A DNA stretch of 63,826 bases, the filler included, from Globobulimina sp. (taxonomy: Eukaryota), in the NCBI GenBank assembly GCA_003354225.1. It is 44 parts of 44 records of this genome, joined end to end, with 100 filler letters (N's around TTAATTAATTAA, not from the genome) between each part and the next. Parts side by side here need not be neighbours in the genome. Positions count along the whole stretch, not along the records: positions 47,955 to 49,306 come from PIVH01018119.1; positions 49,407 to 50,758 come from PIVH01018120.1; positions 50,859 to 52,210 come from PIVH01018121.1; positions 52,311 to 53,662 come from PIVH01018122.1; positions 53,763 to 55,114 come from PIVH01018123.1; positions 55,215 to 56,566 come from PIVH01018124.1; positions 56,667 to 58,018 come from PIVH01018125.1; positions 58,119 to 59,470 come from PIVH01018126.1; 36 more parts are not named here. One strand, given 5' to 3'. The notes under the pieces were generated by a model. The model made no database searches, was not told the DNA's origin, and saw only the letters and a list, made by a program, of their open reading frames with translations. Below are positions 47,955-59,570 of the stretch, in pieces. Both the position numbers and the translations under genes were made by a program. Positions within the stretch are counted from its first letter, which is position 1. Each line of letters starts with the position of its first letter.

Positions 47955-48449
47955 ATTGTTGAAAGATTAATAAATGATCAAAAAGAATTTGAAGGTATCG
48001 AAAAAATTCTTAATTCAAAAATTAGAAGATATCAACAGAATATTCAACAAAAGTTACAAGATTCCAACTTTGATCATATGGATGATTTGTTAAATGAAAT
48101 TATTGAATTGGACGAAAAATCAAGCAAAATAAAAAAAGAAATTCGGAAAAAAAAATGGTATCAAGATAAAAATGAAATTTATAGAACAATTACATCCAAC
48201 AACGAATTATTAAACAATATCGACGATATGACCCAAAAAATCGATTATTGGCAACAAATGCTTCTTGTTACAGCCCAAGGATATCATTCGCCGCATAATA
48301 ATAATAAGAAGAATAAGAATAAGAATAGTAATAACGGGGATATTACACCTTTTGTTATTAAAGAAGTATTGCGAATAAAATCGGAAAATCAAAAAATTCT
48401 CAATGATTTGCGATCGAAATTAGATGAAATCAGATCAAAAAAGGTGTAG
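47955..48449 (+). CDS. Coiled-coil hypothetical protein, 3' part
   Basis: Open frame from the contig start to TAG 48449. Confidence 0.45.
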   Translation: MVERLINDQKEFEGIEKILNSKIRRYQQNIQQKLQDSNFDHMDDLLNEIIELDEKSSKIKKEIRKKKWYQDKNEIYRTITSNNELLNNIDDMTQKIDYWQQMLLVTAQGYHSPHNNNKKNKNKNSNNGDITPFVIKEVLRIKSENQKILNDLRSKLDEIRSKKV

Positions 48450-49160
48450 TATATTGGCTCTCTCTTTTTTTTATGTATAGATACATTTTAGCTTGATTTC
48501 GCACTTCGCGTTTATGTGTGAACGGGATTTCATATTTTATTTTGTGTTTTGTCAAATGCAATTCGAAGCTTATAAATTATAGTTAATGTTGTTAATGTTA
48601 TTTTTTTTATTTTATATGAACTTACATTCTATTCTTGTTTTATTAAAGCAGATTGTCTTTGAAACAGATTGCGAACCACATAGCATTATGCATAAATTAA
48701 ATACGCAATCCGTGTAAGTTTGTGACTTTGTATATACCAAATAAACTCTAGTTTTTTTTTCAATTGAAATTTGCAAAGAAAAATAAAATTAGTATTATGA
48801 ATACTGTAATTAACACTGGTAATTAACATATGGTAAAATAGAAACAATATACTGTCACAGTCATATGCAACGCTATATTTGCAGTATATTGTTTACAGCT
48901 GTACATACAACCTTGTTCTTGCCATGCATTGATAGGTTTGAATTATCAGAGGGCTACATTTTTGTATGTTAGAATGAGAATCAATTAATACTGCAATAAA
49001 TACATTTATTAAAATTAATGATGTCCGCAATGACCAAAGAAAATAAAAAATAAAGATCCCCGTATGTTTGATGACATTCATCATGACAGCATCAACGCAT
49101 TAATTAGAGTGTCGAGGGCTGACATAATAACTTTTTTGGCTTAGTTTAGTTTCGTTTCAT

Positions 49161-49306
49161 TTCAACGATTAGCAAAGTTTTTGGGTTAGCTAGAGTGGTT
49201 TTCAACCTAGTATTCGAAGTTGACCTAGTATTCGATGACCTAGGTCAACTTCGTATGCTAGGTTCAAAACCACTCTAGCTAACCAAAAACTTTTCTAATC
49301 GTTGAA
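49161..49306. repeat. Imperfect ~146-bp palindrome (MITE/foldback-like)
   Basis: ~68-nt arms TTCAACGATTAG...GTTGACCTAG and CTAGGTCAAC...CTAATCGTTGAA with several mismatches. Confidence 0.88.
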
Positions 49307-49431
49307 NNNNNNNNNNNNNNNNNNNNNNNNNNNNNNNNNNNNNNNNNNNNTTAATTAATTAANNNNNNNNNNNNNNNNNNNNNNNNNNNNNNNNNNNNNN
49401 NNNNNNGTATATCTGGTTCGCGCTACTGAAG

Positions 49432-50758
49432 AATATATGTGACCGGCACTACGTTCTCCAAACAAGCATTAATTAATACCGCATGGATCGAGCCTGGCAC
49501 TGTCGAAGCTGGCAAGAATTGCCATTGTTTCACATTGCGGCGGGATGAATTTATGGATATCGTGGCCTCCAAAAAAGAGTGGAGAAACTATTTATATTCC
49601 TCGAATTTTATCGGTAAAACCAATTCCGTGGTAAAAGGGAATTTCAAGAAATTAAAAACATTCAGTTTGACAGCAGACGAGTTCGCGAAAACAAATATCG
49701 ACATTGATATTGAAAATTCGTTATTAAAGATATTCACATTTATTGCATTGGTATTCAATGTGTGGATGAATCCATTTCTATTGGCATTCTTATACAAACG
49801 CCACAGCAATATGCTATTATACACATTCGTGGTCTGTTGGTTGACGGATTTGATATTTATGGCCGACTGGATACGGACACTATTATTCGTACAATCAAAC
49901 AGCAAAACGAATTCAAACAATTATATGTCAAATATCAAAGCACATTTTGCAGAAAATAAATTCAAATTCGTGCTTCATTTATTAGTGTTATTACCAATCG
50001 ATCTGATATTATTTTTCTCCGCTGATGCATATTACTGTTGTTTTTATAGATTTATAACACGAACCTATCATTTAGGTCAAATGGGCAATTTATTGAACAT
50101 TTTTTTCAGGAAAATAAAAGCCAATCCGGTACAGAAATTATTAACGCAAATGATATTAACAATTTACTTAAGTTTGCATACATTATCGTGCATATTCAGC
50201 CTCGTCGGCGGCGGCTGCGGTTTAACCATACCAATTAGTAACGCATTCGAACATTATTTATTATCCATTTATTACGTAATTACTGTTGTGACCACGACGG
50301 GATATGGCGATATCACACCGCAGAATGTCGAAGAGATAATATTTACGATAATATTGATATTCTGTGGCAATATGATCTATGCCGGCACCATCGGGACAAT
50401 CTCGTCGTGGGTCGGTTCGACCTATGCGCGCATTTTAGAGCATTTCAATCAGTTAAAAGAATTGGAATCATTCTGTATTAATAAGAAATTAAATGCTAAA
50501 TTATCGGAGAAAATATTATTAGCACACAATGAATCATTTAATCAGCGATCCAGAGAGCAAACAATGAAATTGTTCCCAGCCAGATTACAGAAACAATGTT
50601 CATGTGAAATTTATGGAAAATATCTGGCGTCATTCGAGTACTTTGAATATTTATCATCGTCGCAAATATCGGCCATTGTGCGCAATATATCGACACAAAC
50701 TTATTTGAAAGGAGACGTTATATTATCTCGCGGCGATTTGAATGATAAATTACATATT
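49432..50758 (+). CDS. Cyclic-nucleotide-regulated K+ channel (KCNH/HCN/CNGK superfamily) fragment
   Basis: Six TM segments, YLLSIYYVITVVTTTGYGDITP selectivity filter, C-linker and cNBD start (YLKGDVILSRGD). Confidence 0.92.
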
Positions 50759-50858
50759 NNNNNNNNNNNNNNNNNNNNNNNNNNNNNNNNNNNNNNNNNN
50801 NNTTAATTAATTAANNNNNNNNNNNNNNNNNNNNNNNNNNNNNNNNNNNNNNNNNNNN

Positions 50859-52019
50859 TTTTTCTTTGCAAAGTCGGGCTCATATGGTTTCAACATGATC
50901 ATCTCATTGAATTCCGAGTAAAACTGGACATAGTTGAGTTCCCACTGAGCAGCGGGAAAAATCATTGGATTGTTTTCCCAGTTGTTGTTTCCATAAACAC
51001 TTTCAAATTCGCAAATACCAAAGTAAGCTTTCTTGGGCATTGGTCCCCAACCAAAGACGGGTGATCGCCATCCTGATACACCTTTAGGGATTTGAAATAC
51101 CAGTGTACTTGTTTTTGAGTAAGGAAATCGTGCCACATGAGTTTTCATGTAGCTTGACAATAGATCCAGCGCTGCATCGTGGTACACAACTCGTCGCACA
51201 TTCAGCTTGCGGCTGTGAATAATAATTTTGTATGAATCTTCCACACCTTGAGAACGTAGGAGGCAATATGAGTCAGTACTGCGTCTCAAGCTTATCTGCA
51301 CAGACATATTTGGCAGCAAAAGTCGTTTTGTGGTGAATGCATTATGATTTAGCCGGCCATACAGTTTAGCACGTTTGCTTTTTTCAATAAATCGGTGGCG
51401 AATAGAAGGATGGGCTGCTGGATACTGGTAGTCTTTGACCCAAATGTTTGTATGTTTAAGCACGCTGTCTTGAAATAGTTCATCATAATCCAGAAGGTTG
51501 TGAAGCAAAGCAGTCTGCGGATGAAAAGAACCAAGATATCCAACTTCTACACCATTGATCGACAAAGTAACTTTTGTAAACAGTGCATTGAAGAAGTCAT
51601 TGCATGGTTGAATCTTCTCACTGTCATCCTCTGTAAGACTTTCACCATTTCCTTTGACAACTTCAAAGTCAACATCAACATAACAGTTGCTTATATCAGT
51701 TCCCATTTCGTGTGAAAATGGGACTGTGAAATTAAGCAGCTCGGCATCTGAAAATATAGTCACTTAAAACAGTAGATCGAAACTTATCTTAGTGGATTGA
51801 TACTTATCTATGTCACATACCTGGAGTTAGATTGCGGTACTCTTGGAAAAAACTTCTTTTGATAGCATCTTGTTGGTTTTCAATGGACAAAATATCGAAC
51901 AAGTCACTTTTGCGACTATTGCTTTCGAAAACTGTGTTGGATAATGGCTGAAACCAACCCTTCTCCTGACGTTTTGATCTTTTGATATGCTTTGGTTTAG
52001 TTCTGTCTGACTTTGGCAT
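50859..52019 (-). CDS. Polinton/Maverick (adintovirus) double-jelly-roll major capsid protein, 2 exons (52019-51821, 51762-50859), 3' truncated
   Basis: NDFFNALFTKVTLSING, HPQTALLHNLLDY, LYGRLNHNAFTTKRLLLPNMSVQISLRRS, PKKAYFG, NPMIF, PYEPDF; exon 1 supplies the conserved SDLFD...AIKRSFFQEY N-terminus. Confidence 0.85.
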
Positions 52020-52310
52020 TTTGGCAGAGAGAATAAGTGAAAAACCGCAGCTCACCAGATGACAATATAGTAAAAATGATTAAAATAGAATAACTTGCAT
52101 TAATATAGCAAATGTTTACATGTAAGATATGTTCACATTTGGACCCGCCTGACAGAATGAGCCGAAAGAGTAAAAGGAGTAAAAAGAGCAAACTGGGGAG
52201 CAAAAATGAGNNNNNNNNNNNNNNNNNNNNNNNNNNNNNNNNNNNNNNNNNNNNTTAATTAATTAANNNNNNNNNNNNNNNNNNNNNNNNNNNNNNNNNN
52301 NNNNNNNNNN

Positions 52311-52821
52311 CAAAGCCCCAATAATCATCTCCATTCATATAATCTTTTTTCACTGGCAATAGATTTAATAATTGACAGCGTTTACCTTTCCATTGTGGTC
52401 GGCATAAACACGTTCCGTTTCTGTCACAAATCCCGTTTAAGGAACAGTCCATGTCATCATTGCATGGCCAATATATTTCTGCAGTTATAGTATGATCAGA
52501 GTTACATGGACAGAATTGGGGATCATTTATTCTTCCATAACATGCTAAGGTATTATTTGTATTTGTTGTATTGCCTTCGAAATATGTGTATGATTGGCAT
52601 TTTTCATTTGTGTTATCATTCGTATATTGGATACACGCTTGTTGACATTCTTTGTAATCTGTGAAGTCACCAAAATATTTAACATATGGATTATTTTCCT
52701 TGGGCATCGATATTGCATCACCACACACGTTGCTGTAATCCATCCATACATTGATATCCTGACACTTGGTGCGATAAACAAAAAGTGCAGCATAGAACCA
52801 CAGTATGAGCGAGAGCATCAT
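52311..52821 (-). CDS. Secreted protein with PAN/apple-like and EGF domains
   Basis: Signal peptide, ECQQAC...CQSYTY, CNDDMDCSLNGIC...CLCRPQWKGKRCQLLNL. Confidence 0.75.
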
Positions 52822-52862
52822 ATAAAAGATGATAAAATAAGATTTTCTGTGTTTCAGTTCAA

Positions 52863-53662
52863 ATGAATGCTGCATTGGCCATGTCTTCGTGCATTAGTTC
52901 AAAAATAGCAACACGACAACAAGAGCACGAATTATTAACATGCGGATACATCAGACAAAATGTAAAACTTTATATTCCATTCGATGTAATGACTTTATGC
53001 ATGTCATTTTTCGAATATGCTTTGTTTCGTTGGACTTTCATCGCTAAGCAATTAAGTAATCATTATATTTTGGATTCAAAATCCAGCGCATTATTTGATC
53101 TCTACAATGGTATGATCCAAATGCAATGCAATGTGACTCTTAACAATTTTACCATTGTGTTTGCATCGATTAATAATGATATTGAAAATGTAATGTTATA
53201 TGTTGAATTATATTGCAATGAAACAGATTCAATGTGGAAAGGAACCATTAATTCCGCAAATACAACACATTTTGATGTAAAACAACAATCGCAAACAATT
53301 CATGAGATGATCACCATAAAAGGTGCAAATGAATTCAATTTTTGCGTGTATTTTGATATTATTTACATTCATTATAAAATGCAGCATAGTTATATTAAAC
53401 AAGTACAAATCAGTAAAATAATCCAAAATTATCAATGGAATGTTGACTCGTCAATGCTGCTTAAAAAGGATTTTTTTTCGAGTAATTTTGATGATGGTTG
53501 TTGGTGTTTAATGTGTAATAATATAAATATAAATAATCATTCCAATTCTCAAATAAAACTCGGATTAAAATTGTTAGCCTTACCATGTGCTTTGACAATG
53601 ATTTGTGTCGGATATGAAACAGCAGTGAAATGTATTGATGGCACAAATATTGATCATAATTT
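52863..53662 (+). CDS. Divergent tandem MATH/TRAF-like beta-domain protein
   Basis: LLTCGYIRQ..IPFDVMTLC leader; FRWTF, YQWNV, FSSNFDDGCWCL. Confidence 0.5.
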
Positions 53663-54102
53663 NNNNNNNNNNNNNNNNNNNNNNNNNNNNNNNNNNNNNN
53701 NNNNNNTTAATTAATTAANNNNNNNNNNNNNNNNNNNNNNNNNNNNNNNNNNNNNNNNNNNNACGGTGAGAGGAATGGAATGGAATGAAACTCGAACGGG
53801 CGAAATTCACAGAACTAATTATTTGAACACATAAATGTGCGAAATCCCCAGAACTAATTATTTGAACACAAATGAGAGAAGAAATGCCGTCATAGATTAA
53901 GGCGGCGATAATGAGAAAGAATCCCGTCATATATTAAGGCGGTGAGATTAAGAGTTTGCAAATCCAGAACAAAGTCAGAACAAATTTATAATTGAATTTT
54001 CGGTATACAAAGGGGGGGGGGATATATCGTTGAAGGTAAACGAGATTAGAAAACTTTGTAACTGTGATCTTTAATGTCTCAGTGAACTAGATTTGATACA
54101 TA

Positions 54103-54735
54103 ATGTCACACACTTGCGGACGCAATCCAGTGATTGGTGATCAAGAAATAAAATATGATGAGAAACCACCGCTTGAATATCAATTTACAAAGACGAAAGC
54201 AAAGATACATATGTATGAGATTGATGATGAGAAGAAGAATTATTCATATTCTATGATTTACGGGCGAATAATAATGAATAACCTTTTTCGTGCACTAAAA
54301 GAGGAAATTAATGAGAATAACATGCAAACTCTACTTAACATAGTACATCCAATCAGGAAATACGGAGAAAAGAAAAAAGCTTGGCGTCATTTAACTGAAT
54401 TTTATTACTATCCATATACCATGTTAATGAGTTGTAATTTGGTTACACCGATAGATATTGACTATAATCCCTGTGGAAAATATAAAAAAGGAATTACAAT
54501 AAATGCTATCCCATTTTATAACTTTGAATCAATGGATTATAGAAAATGCAAACAAATGGCAGCTAATGCGCTATTAACAAAACCCAAAATTACAAAACAC
54601 AGTAATGGCAAAAAATATACCTATGTATATCAACAATATAAATTTGTATTTGCTAGAAACAACCGAACATTAATGCAATTGGAACATTATAAAGCATCAA
54701 ATTGTCCAAATTGTAATGCAATAATTCCTCAATAA
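54103..54735 (+). CDS. Hypothetical protein with terminal CxxC
   Basis: Complete 210-aa ORF. Confidence 0.5.
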   Translation: MSHTCGRNPVIGDQEIKYDEKPPLEYQFTKTKAKIHMYEIDDEKKNYSYSMIYGRIIMNNLFRALKEEINENNMQTLLNIVHPIRKYGEKKKAWRHLTEFYYYPYTMLMSCNLVTPIDIDYNPCGKYKKGITINAIPFYNFESMDYRKCKQMAANALLTKPKITKHSNGKKYTYVYQQYKFVFARNNRTLMQLEHYKASNCPNCNAIIPQ

Positions 54736-55214
54736 CATATAAATATGTGAATCTATTTACATATGATCATTAACTTATGATATGTTTTTTTTTGACTATA
54801 CTGTACGTTTTCTTTTATTTTTGTTGTTGATTATATTATTGTATGTTAAACAAATCAAAATCGCCAATGATTTCAGTACAATTATTTATCGAATATTTTA
54901 AAAATGTGACCAATTATTTCCATCCCGATGAGCCAACAGTGAACAGTGACCTACAACCAATTTAAAATTAATTCCAGCTAAATTTGCAAAGACTTATTCT
55001 AAACGATATTTGATTTAATTGAGATTTTACAGGCTATGACAGTTTGCATGCTGATGATTTTGAATAAATTGAGAATTTTAATATTGGTAATAATACAGAT
55101 AACAAATTGGAAGANNNNNNNNNNNNNNNNNNNNNNNNNNNNNNNNNNNNNNNNNNNNTTAATTAATTAANNNNNNNNNNNNNNNNNNNNNNNNNNNNNN
55201 NNNNNNNNNNNNNN

Positions 55215-55838
55215 TCGGCATTGTTTGTCATGACGGTAATGGCCGTGGTGTTTGGTTCGATTATTTTGAAAATAATCCCGCAGGAAATAACACATTATGG
55301 CGCAGGAATGTTATTTCTTGGATTTGCCATTAAATTGTTATGGGAAGGCAATGGGATGAAAGGTGGCGAAGCATCGGATGAATTGAGAGAAGTTGAGGAG
55401 GAGTTACGTCATCACGACAGACAAACGAATATAAAAAAACGTGTACGCAAAAATACAACACCAAATAATCAGAATGTTGACATTGAACTTGGTGATATTC
55501 AACAAGAGCCACTCAATAATAATATAATTGACAATAATGATAAAATCAAAAAACGTGACTCGAGCTGGAATTTATCAATTTTAATTCGAGCATTTGTAAT
55601 GACATTCATATCAGAAATCGGTGACAGATCGCAAATTACCACCATTGTATTAGCTGCGCATAAGTCGCCATATGGCGTTGTTGTCGGTGCCTCGTTAGGC
55701 CATGCCATATGTACTGGTATTGCTGTTTTAGGCGGCAAATTTTTAGCATCCAGGATATCTGAAAAAAATGTGACTTTGATTGGTGGATTCTTGTTTTTAA
55801 TATTTGCTGTTGAAACTTTTATCTTTGGACCTATTTAA
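55215..55838 (+). CDS. GDT1: GDT1/TMEM165 (UPF0016) Ca2+/Mn2+ transporter
   Basis: TFISEIGDRSQITTIVLAA, GASLGHAICTGIAVLGG. Confidence 0.95.
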   Translation, partial: SALFVMTVMAVVFGSIILKIIPQEITHYGAGMLFLGFAIKLLWEGNGMKGGEASDELREVEEELRHHDRQTNIKKRVRKNTTPNNQNVDIELGDIQQEPLNNNIIDNNDKIKKRDSSWNLSILIRAFVMTFISEIGDRSQITTIVLAAHKSPYGVVVGASLGHAICTGIAVLGGKFLASRISEKNVTLIGGFLFLIFAVETFIFGPI

Positions 55839-56021
55839 CGTACAACTATTTGTTTTATCGTTTTCTTTCCTTGTTTTAGTTAGAGAGTGTTGGTGGAACT
55901 GCAAATTAGTTTCGTGTTGTTTTTAATTTATTCATTTACATCAATATATTATCCTTGCACTGAACAAATAATATACTTGAAAACGTATACAATTTAGGTT
56001 GAGTGCGAGGATAAAAAGAGA

Positions 56022-56372
56022 TCAGATCATTGTTTGTAATTTATTGTTTCTATACAATTTATCTATTTCTGTGTATCCACCAACAAATTCACCGTTAATA
56101 TAAATTTGTGGCAATGCTGTGTATCCACCATTTAGTTTCGTTAAATAGTCTCTCAATTGATCCAATTGTGCCTCATCATCAAGTTTGTCACATTCAAATT
56201 TCTTAAAATTTGGATATATTTCATCAAAAATTGTCTTTGTCAAAATGCATGAAAAGCAATCTGTCCTTGAAAACATCGTTACTTTTTCAGATTTAATAAA
56301 CTCCTCTGCTGTTTTTTCAATGTCATCAATATTATCATCTAATCTTTTATGTAATGATAAAATTAGTAGCAA
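56022..56372 (-). CDS. Dithiol glutaredoxin (possible signal peptide; start unresolved)
   Basis: FSRTDCFSC, TALPQIYINGEFVGGY. Confidence 0.9.
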   Translation of the reverse strand: MLLILSLHKRLDDNIDDIEKTAEEFIKSEKVTMFSRTDCFSCILTKTIFDEIYPNFKKFECDKLDDEAQLDQLRDYLTKLNGGYTALPQIYINGEFVGGYTEIDKLYRNNKLQTMI

Positions 56373-56666
56373 TGAAAATAAGTAATTATAACTAAACAGT
56401 CAATGGTGAATGAATATTTTGAGAGATACCATACATAATTGGACCTATATATCATTCGATTCATACTATTGGAAAAATAACTCGACCAAATAATAACCAA
56501 ATGCAACTTAAACAAAACTTTAAAAACGGTTTGAAATCATGTGAGACCTACAAGGATGGGATAATTNNNNNNNNNNNNNNNNNNNNNNNNNNNNNNNNNN
56601 NNNNNNNNNNTTAATTAATTAANNNNNNNNNNNNNNNNNNNNNNNNNNNNNNNNNNNNNNNNNNNN

Positions 56667-56993
56667 ATGAATTCAAATCCATGTAGAAAGGAATGTAAAA
56701 GCAAAAGAATTGTGTTATTGCATGCTCCAGCTTCATTTAAGCATTTTGAAAATAATGAGAATGTACTTGTTTTCAGTGGACATACACACGGTGGACATGT
56801 TGGTATAAAATCGTTTGGAATCAATAAAAGTATGATAAGTTTAACCGGTGTGCCAGATAATGGTTTATGGAGTAAAGGTAATAATTTTTTATATGTTCAT
56901 AGAGGACAAGGCAGCAGAGCATTGTATGGGAATTTATTGCTTAGAATTGGAATACCTACGGAACAATCATGCATCACGATTTCGTGGAATTGA
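56667..56993 (+). CDS. Metallophosphoesterase (YkuE-like) C-terminus
   Basis: VLLHAP, FSGHTHGG, LYVHRGQG. Confidence 0.85.
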   Translation: MNSNPCRKECKSKRIVLLHAPASFKHFENNENVLVFSGHTHGGHVGIKSFGINKSMISLTGVPDNGLWSKGNNFLYVHRGQGSRALYGNLLLRIGIPTEQSCITISWN

Positions 56994-57178
56994 GTCGCCG
57001 TTGATTGCTTGTGATTGGCTATTAATTTACATTTTGTTACCAATTCTAAATATAGCAGAGTCCAGATAACGTTGCACTAAAAAGCAAAACAATAAAACTT
57101 ATATACAGGGGGATGGCCGGATGGGCCCGATGAGGTTATCTTTTTAAGAGTTTGAGTTTGAAACATTGTAGAATAACA

Positions 57179-58018
57179 ATGTCAAACAAACCAAAATTGC
57201 TTACAATAACAAATGTTTCGTCTTTTGGCAAAAAATGCCTTATATTATGCATTTCATTGTATTCTATGATATTTATTTATGATATGAATAAGAATAAGAA
57301 TATGAACATCAATACCAATATCAATATAAATCCTATTTTAGAAACTATTAACAATACTGATTTTGGAACGGATTATCCTTCATCTTTCAAGGAATTAAAT
57401 GAACAACAATTTTGTTGGGCAAATCTAAACAGTAAACACAGTTTATTTCTGCAATATGTTTATCAGTTACAATTCAATCGAAATTGTGATGTTTCAAATG
57501 GATTAAATTCACCTAAATATATAATATATGACATGGAGCGAGAAGAATATCAAGGTTTGGGTTCATCAATGGGAACAATGGCCAAATTTTTCACTGTTGC
57601 TTTGCAATTAAACCGTACATTTATATTAAACGGGCAATTTGATTGGGCCAAAGGTAAAAATTATTGCCGTAACACCAACGGCATGGAATGCTATTTTCTA
57701 CCTTTATCAAATTGTAATGCAACTCAACTATTATCAAATCTGAATAAAACTGATCAAAATATGTATTATGAAGGCATTCCAACGAATTGTGTGTTTGGAA
57801 GAAACGATGAATTTCATAATTTATCAAATTGTAATCATTCAATCATACACATTTCAAAGAATGTCGGTCGTGGTCAACTTCAAATGTACAACAGACCCGT
57901 TTTGATTGGAGACATGACAGCATTTTCCATGGAGACTTTTAATTTGACTGCGTTTGAATATCATGCATTGAGCGCTGCCTTTATGTTGAGACCACAATTG
58001 AATGTAAACAAAATTGTG
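57179..58018 (+). CDS. Alpha-1,6-fucosyltransferase (GT23/FUT8)-like protein
   Basis: Type II TM, YQLQFNRNC, GLGSSM, ALQLNRTFIL, CYFLPLSNC. Confidence 0.72.
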
Positions 58019-59166
58019 NNNNNNNNNNNNNNNNNNNNNNNNNNNNNNNNNNNNNNNNNNNNTTAATTAATTAANNNNNNNNNNNNNNNNNNNNNNNNNN
58101 NNNNNNNNNNNNNNNNNNAAGGATAAGGAGAATTGTTAGAGATAAAAAAGAAGGAAAAAGTGATGAGATTCACTCCTCGGATTCCAGTGAGGATGATAAG
58201 ATGGGGCGAGATGGAGATGAGGCAGACAAACGGGTGCATTTTGATGATGGTTTGGATGACGTAACGAGAGAGGAAATAAATGAGATCCTGGATGCGGATG
58301 AAAGAATGAATGAGGATAATGCGGAATTATTGAAATCATATATTAATAAATTAGAGAAGCAGATAAAACGCAGCAAATCCGCTGAATATAGAGTAAATTC
58401 GATGGAGGAGGTAAAAAGATATGCAGATAGTCATGGTTTGGCGGATGCGAATAATAAATATTATGCAACAAGTGATGATTTGGAGCATTTAAAGAAGATC
58501 TTTTGCCCAAAAGGGTCAATGAGTGCGGTGAATGATTTGATGACGGAGAGTATTAATAATGTTTGGGGCATTTTGAGGAAGCCAAAATTATCACCGATTG
58601 ACACTCGTAATGCAATGATACACATTGCAACAAGTATGTATCATAAGACCTCTTTATTATTTTCCAAATTTCTTTAATTTTTTATGAAAAACTAAGACGT
58701 GTTCCCTGTCCTACAATTAAAAAAGATAATTTTTCCAATACGAGCGTGTATTGTGTTTGTTGGGACATATATGTTTATTATCGGATTTTATGTATTTTAT
58801 TATTTTTATATACTTTTCCTTTACGCAAAACACACCACATATGATACTGCAGGCAGTTAATAATTTTATTGATTTTTTATATAAAATGTTTAAAATTTAT
58901 TTCATTTTATTTGTGATTGATTGATATGATTTATATTATTTTTATTATTATTTTATTTTAGGAGGTTTATTACATGACAAAATAAATAAAAATGATGGAA
59001 TTAATTTATTAAAACAAACTGAGTTGAAATTAGCATTAAAAGAATTTATACATTTTTTAGTTTATGGTTTCGGAGATCCATTTTATTTAATAAAATTTAT
59101 GTGGGCCAGTCATTGGAAGATACATTTAAATTATGGTGTAAATGTAAAAATGGCATTGAAAAAGTT

Positions 59167-59470
59167 TATTAGTAACAAAATAACATTTAACACTTTATGG
59201 ACCACGATTACATTGAGAGCAATAGACACATTATTAACATACAATGCAATGGACACTTTTTGCCAAAATATATTGGCCGTAATTCCCTTATCATTCACCA
59301 TTGGAAAAATCTGCGATTTCGCGAAGGTTCTCATATCATTTATATTTTTAATAATCACAGCATACAATTGATTATATCTCTTTTCCCTCACTGAATATGT
59401 TAATAATGTGTCTATTGCTCTCAATGTAATCGTGGTCCATAAAGTGTTAAATGTTATTTTGTTACTAATA
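59167..59470. repeat. Perfect 75-bp inverted duplication (59167-59241 / 59396-59470) at contig end
   Basis: Right arm is the exact reverse complement of the left arm. Confidence 0.93.
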
Positions 59471-59570
59471 NNNNNNNNNNNNNNNNNNNNNNNNNNNNNN
59501 NNNNNNNNNNNNNNTTAATTAATTAANNNNNNNNNNNNNNNNNNNNNNNNNNNNNNNNNNNNNNNNNNNN

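Noticed and set aside
48893-49084. ILINVFIAVLIDSHSNI, similar to a TRP/polycystin S6 helix
   Set aside because: Only one short motif with no supportable exon structure
43599-52019. Apparent mobile-element island (Helitron, PLE RT, RNase H, capsid close together)
   Set aside because: Each lies on a separate contig joined by linkers, so proximity is arbitrary
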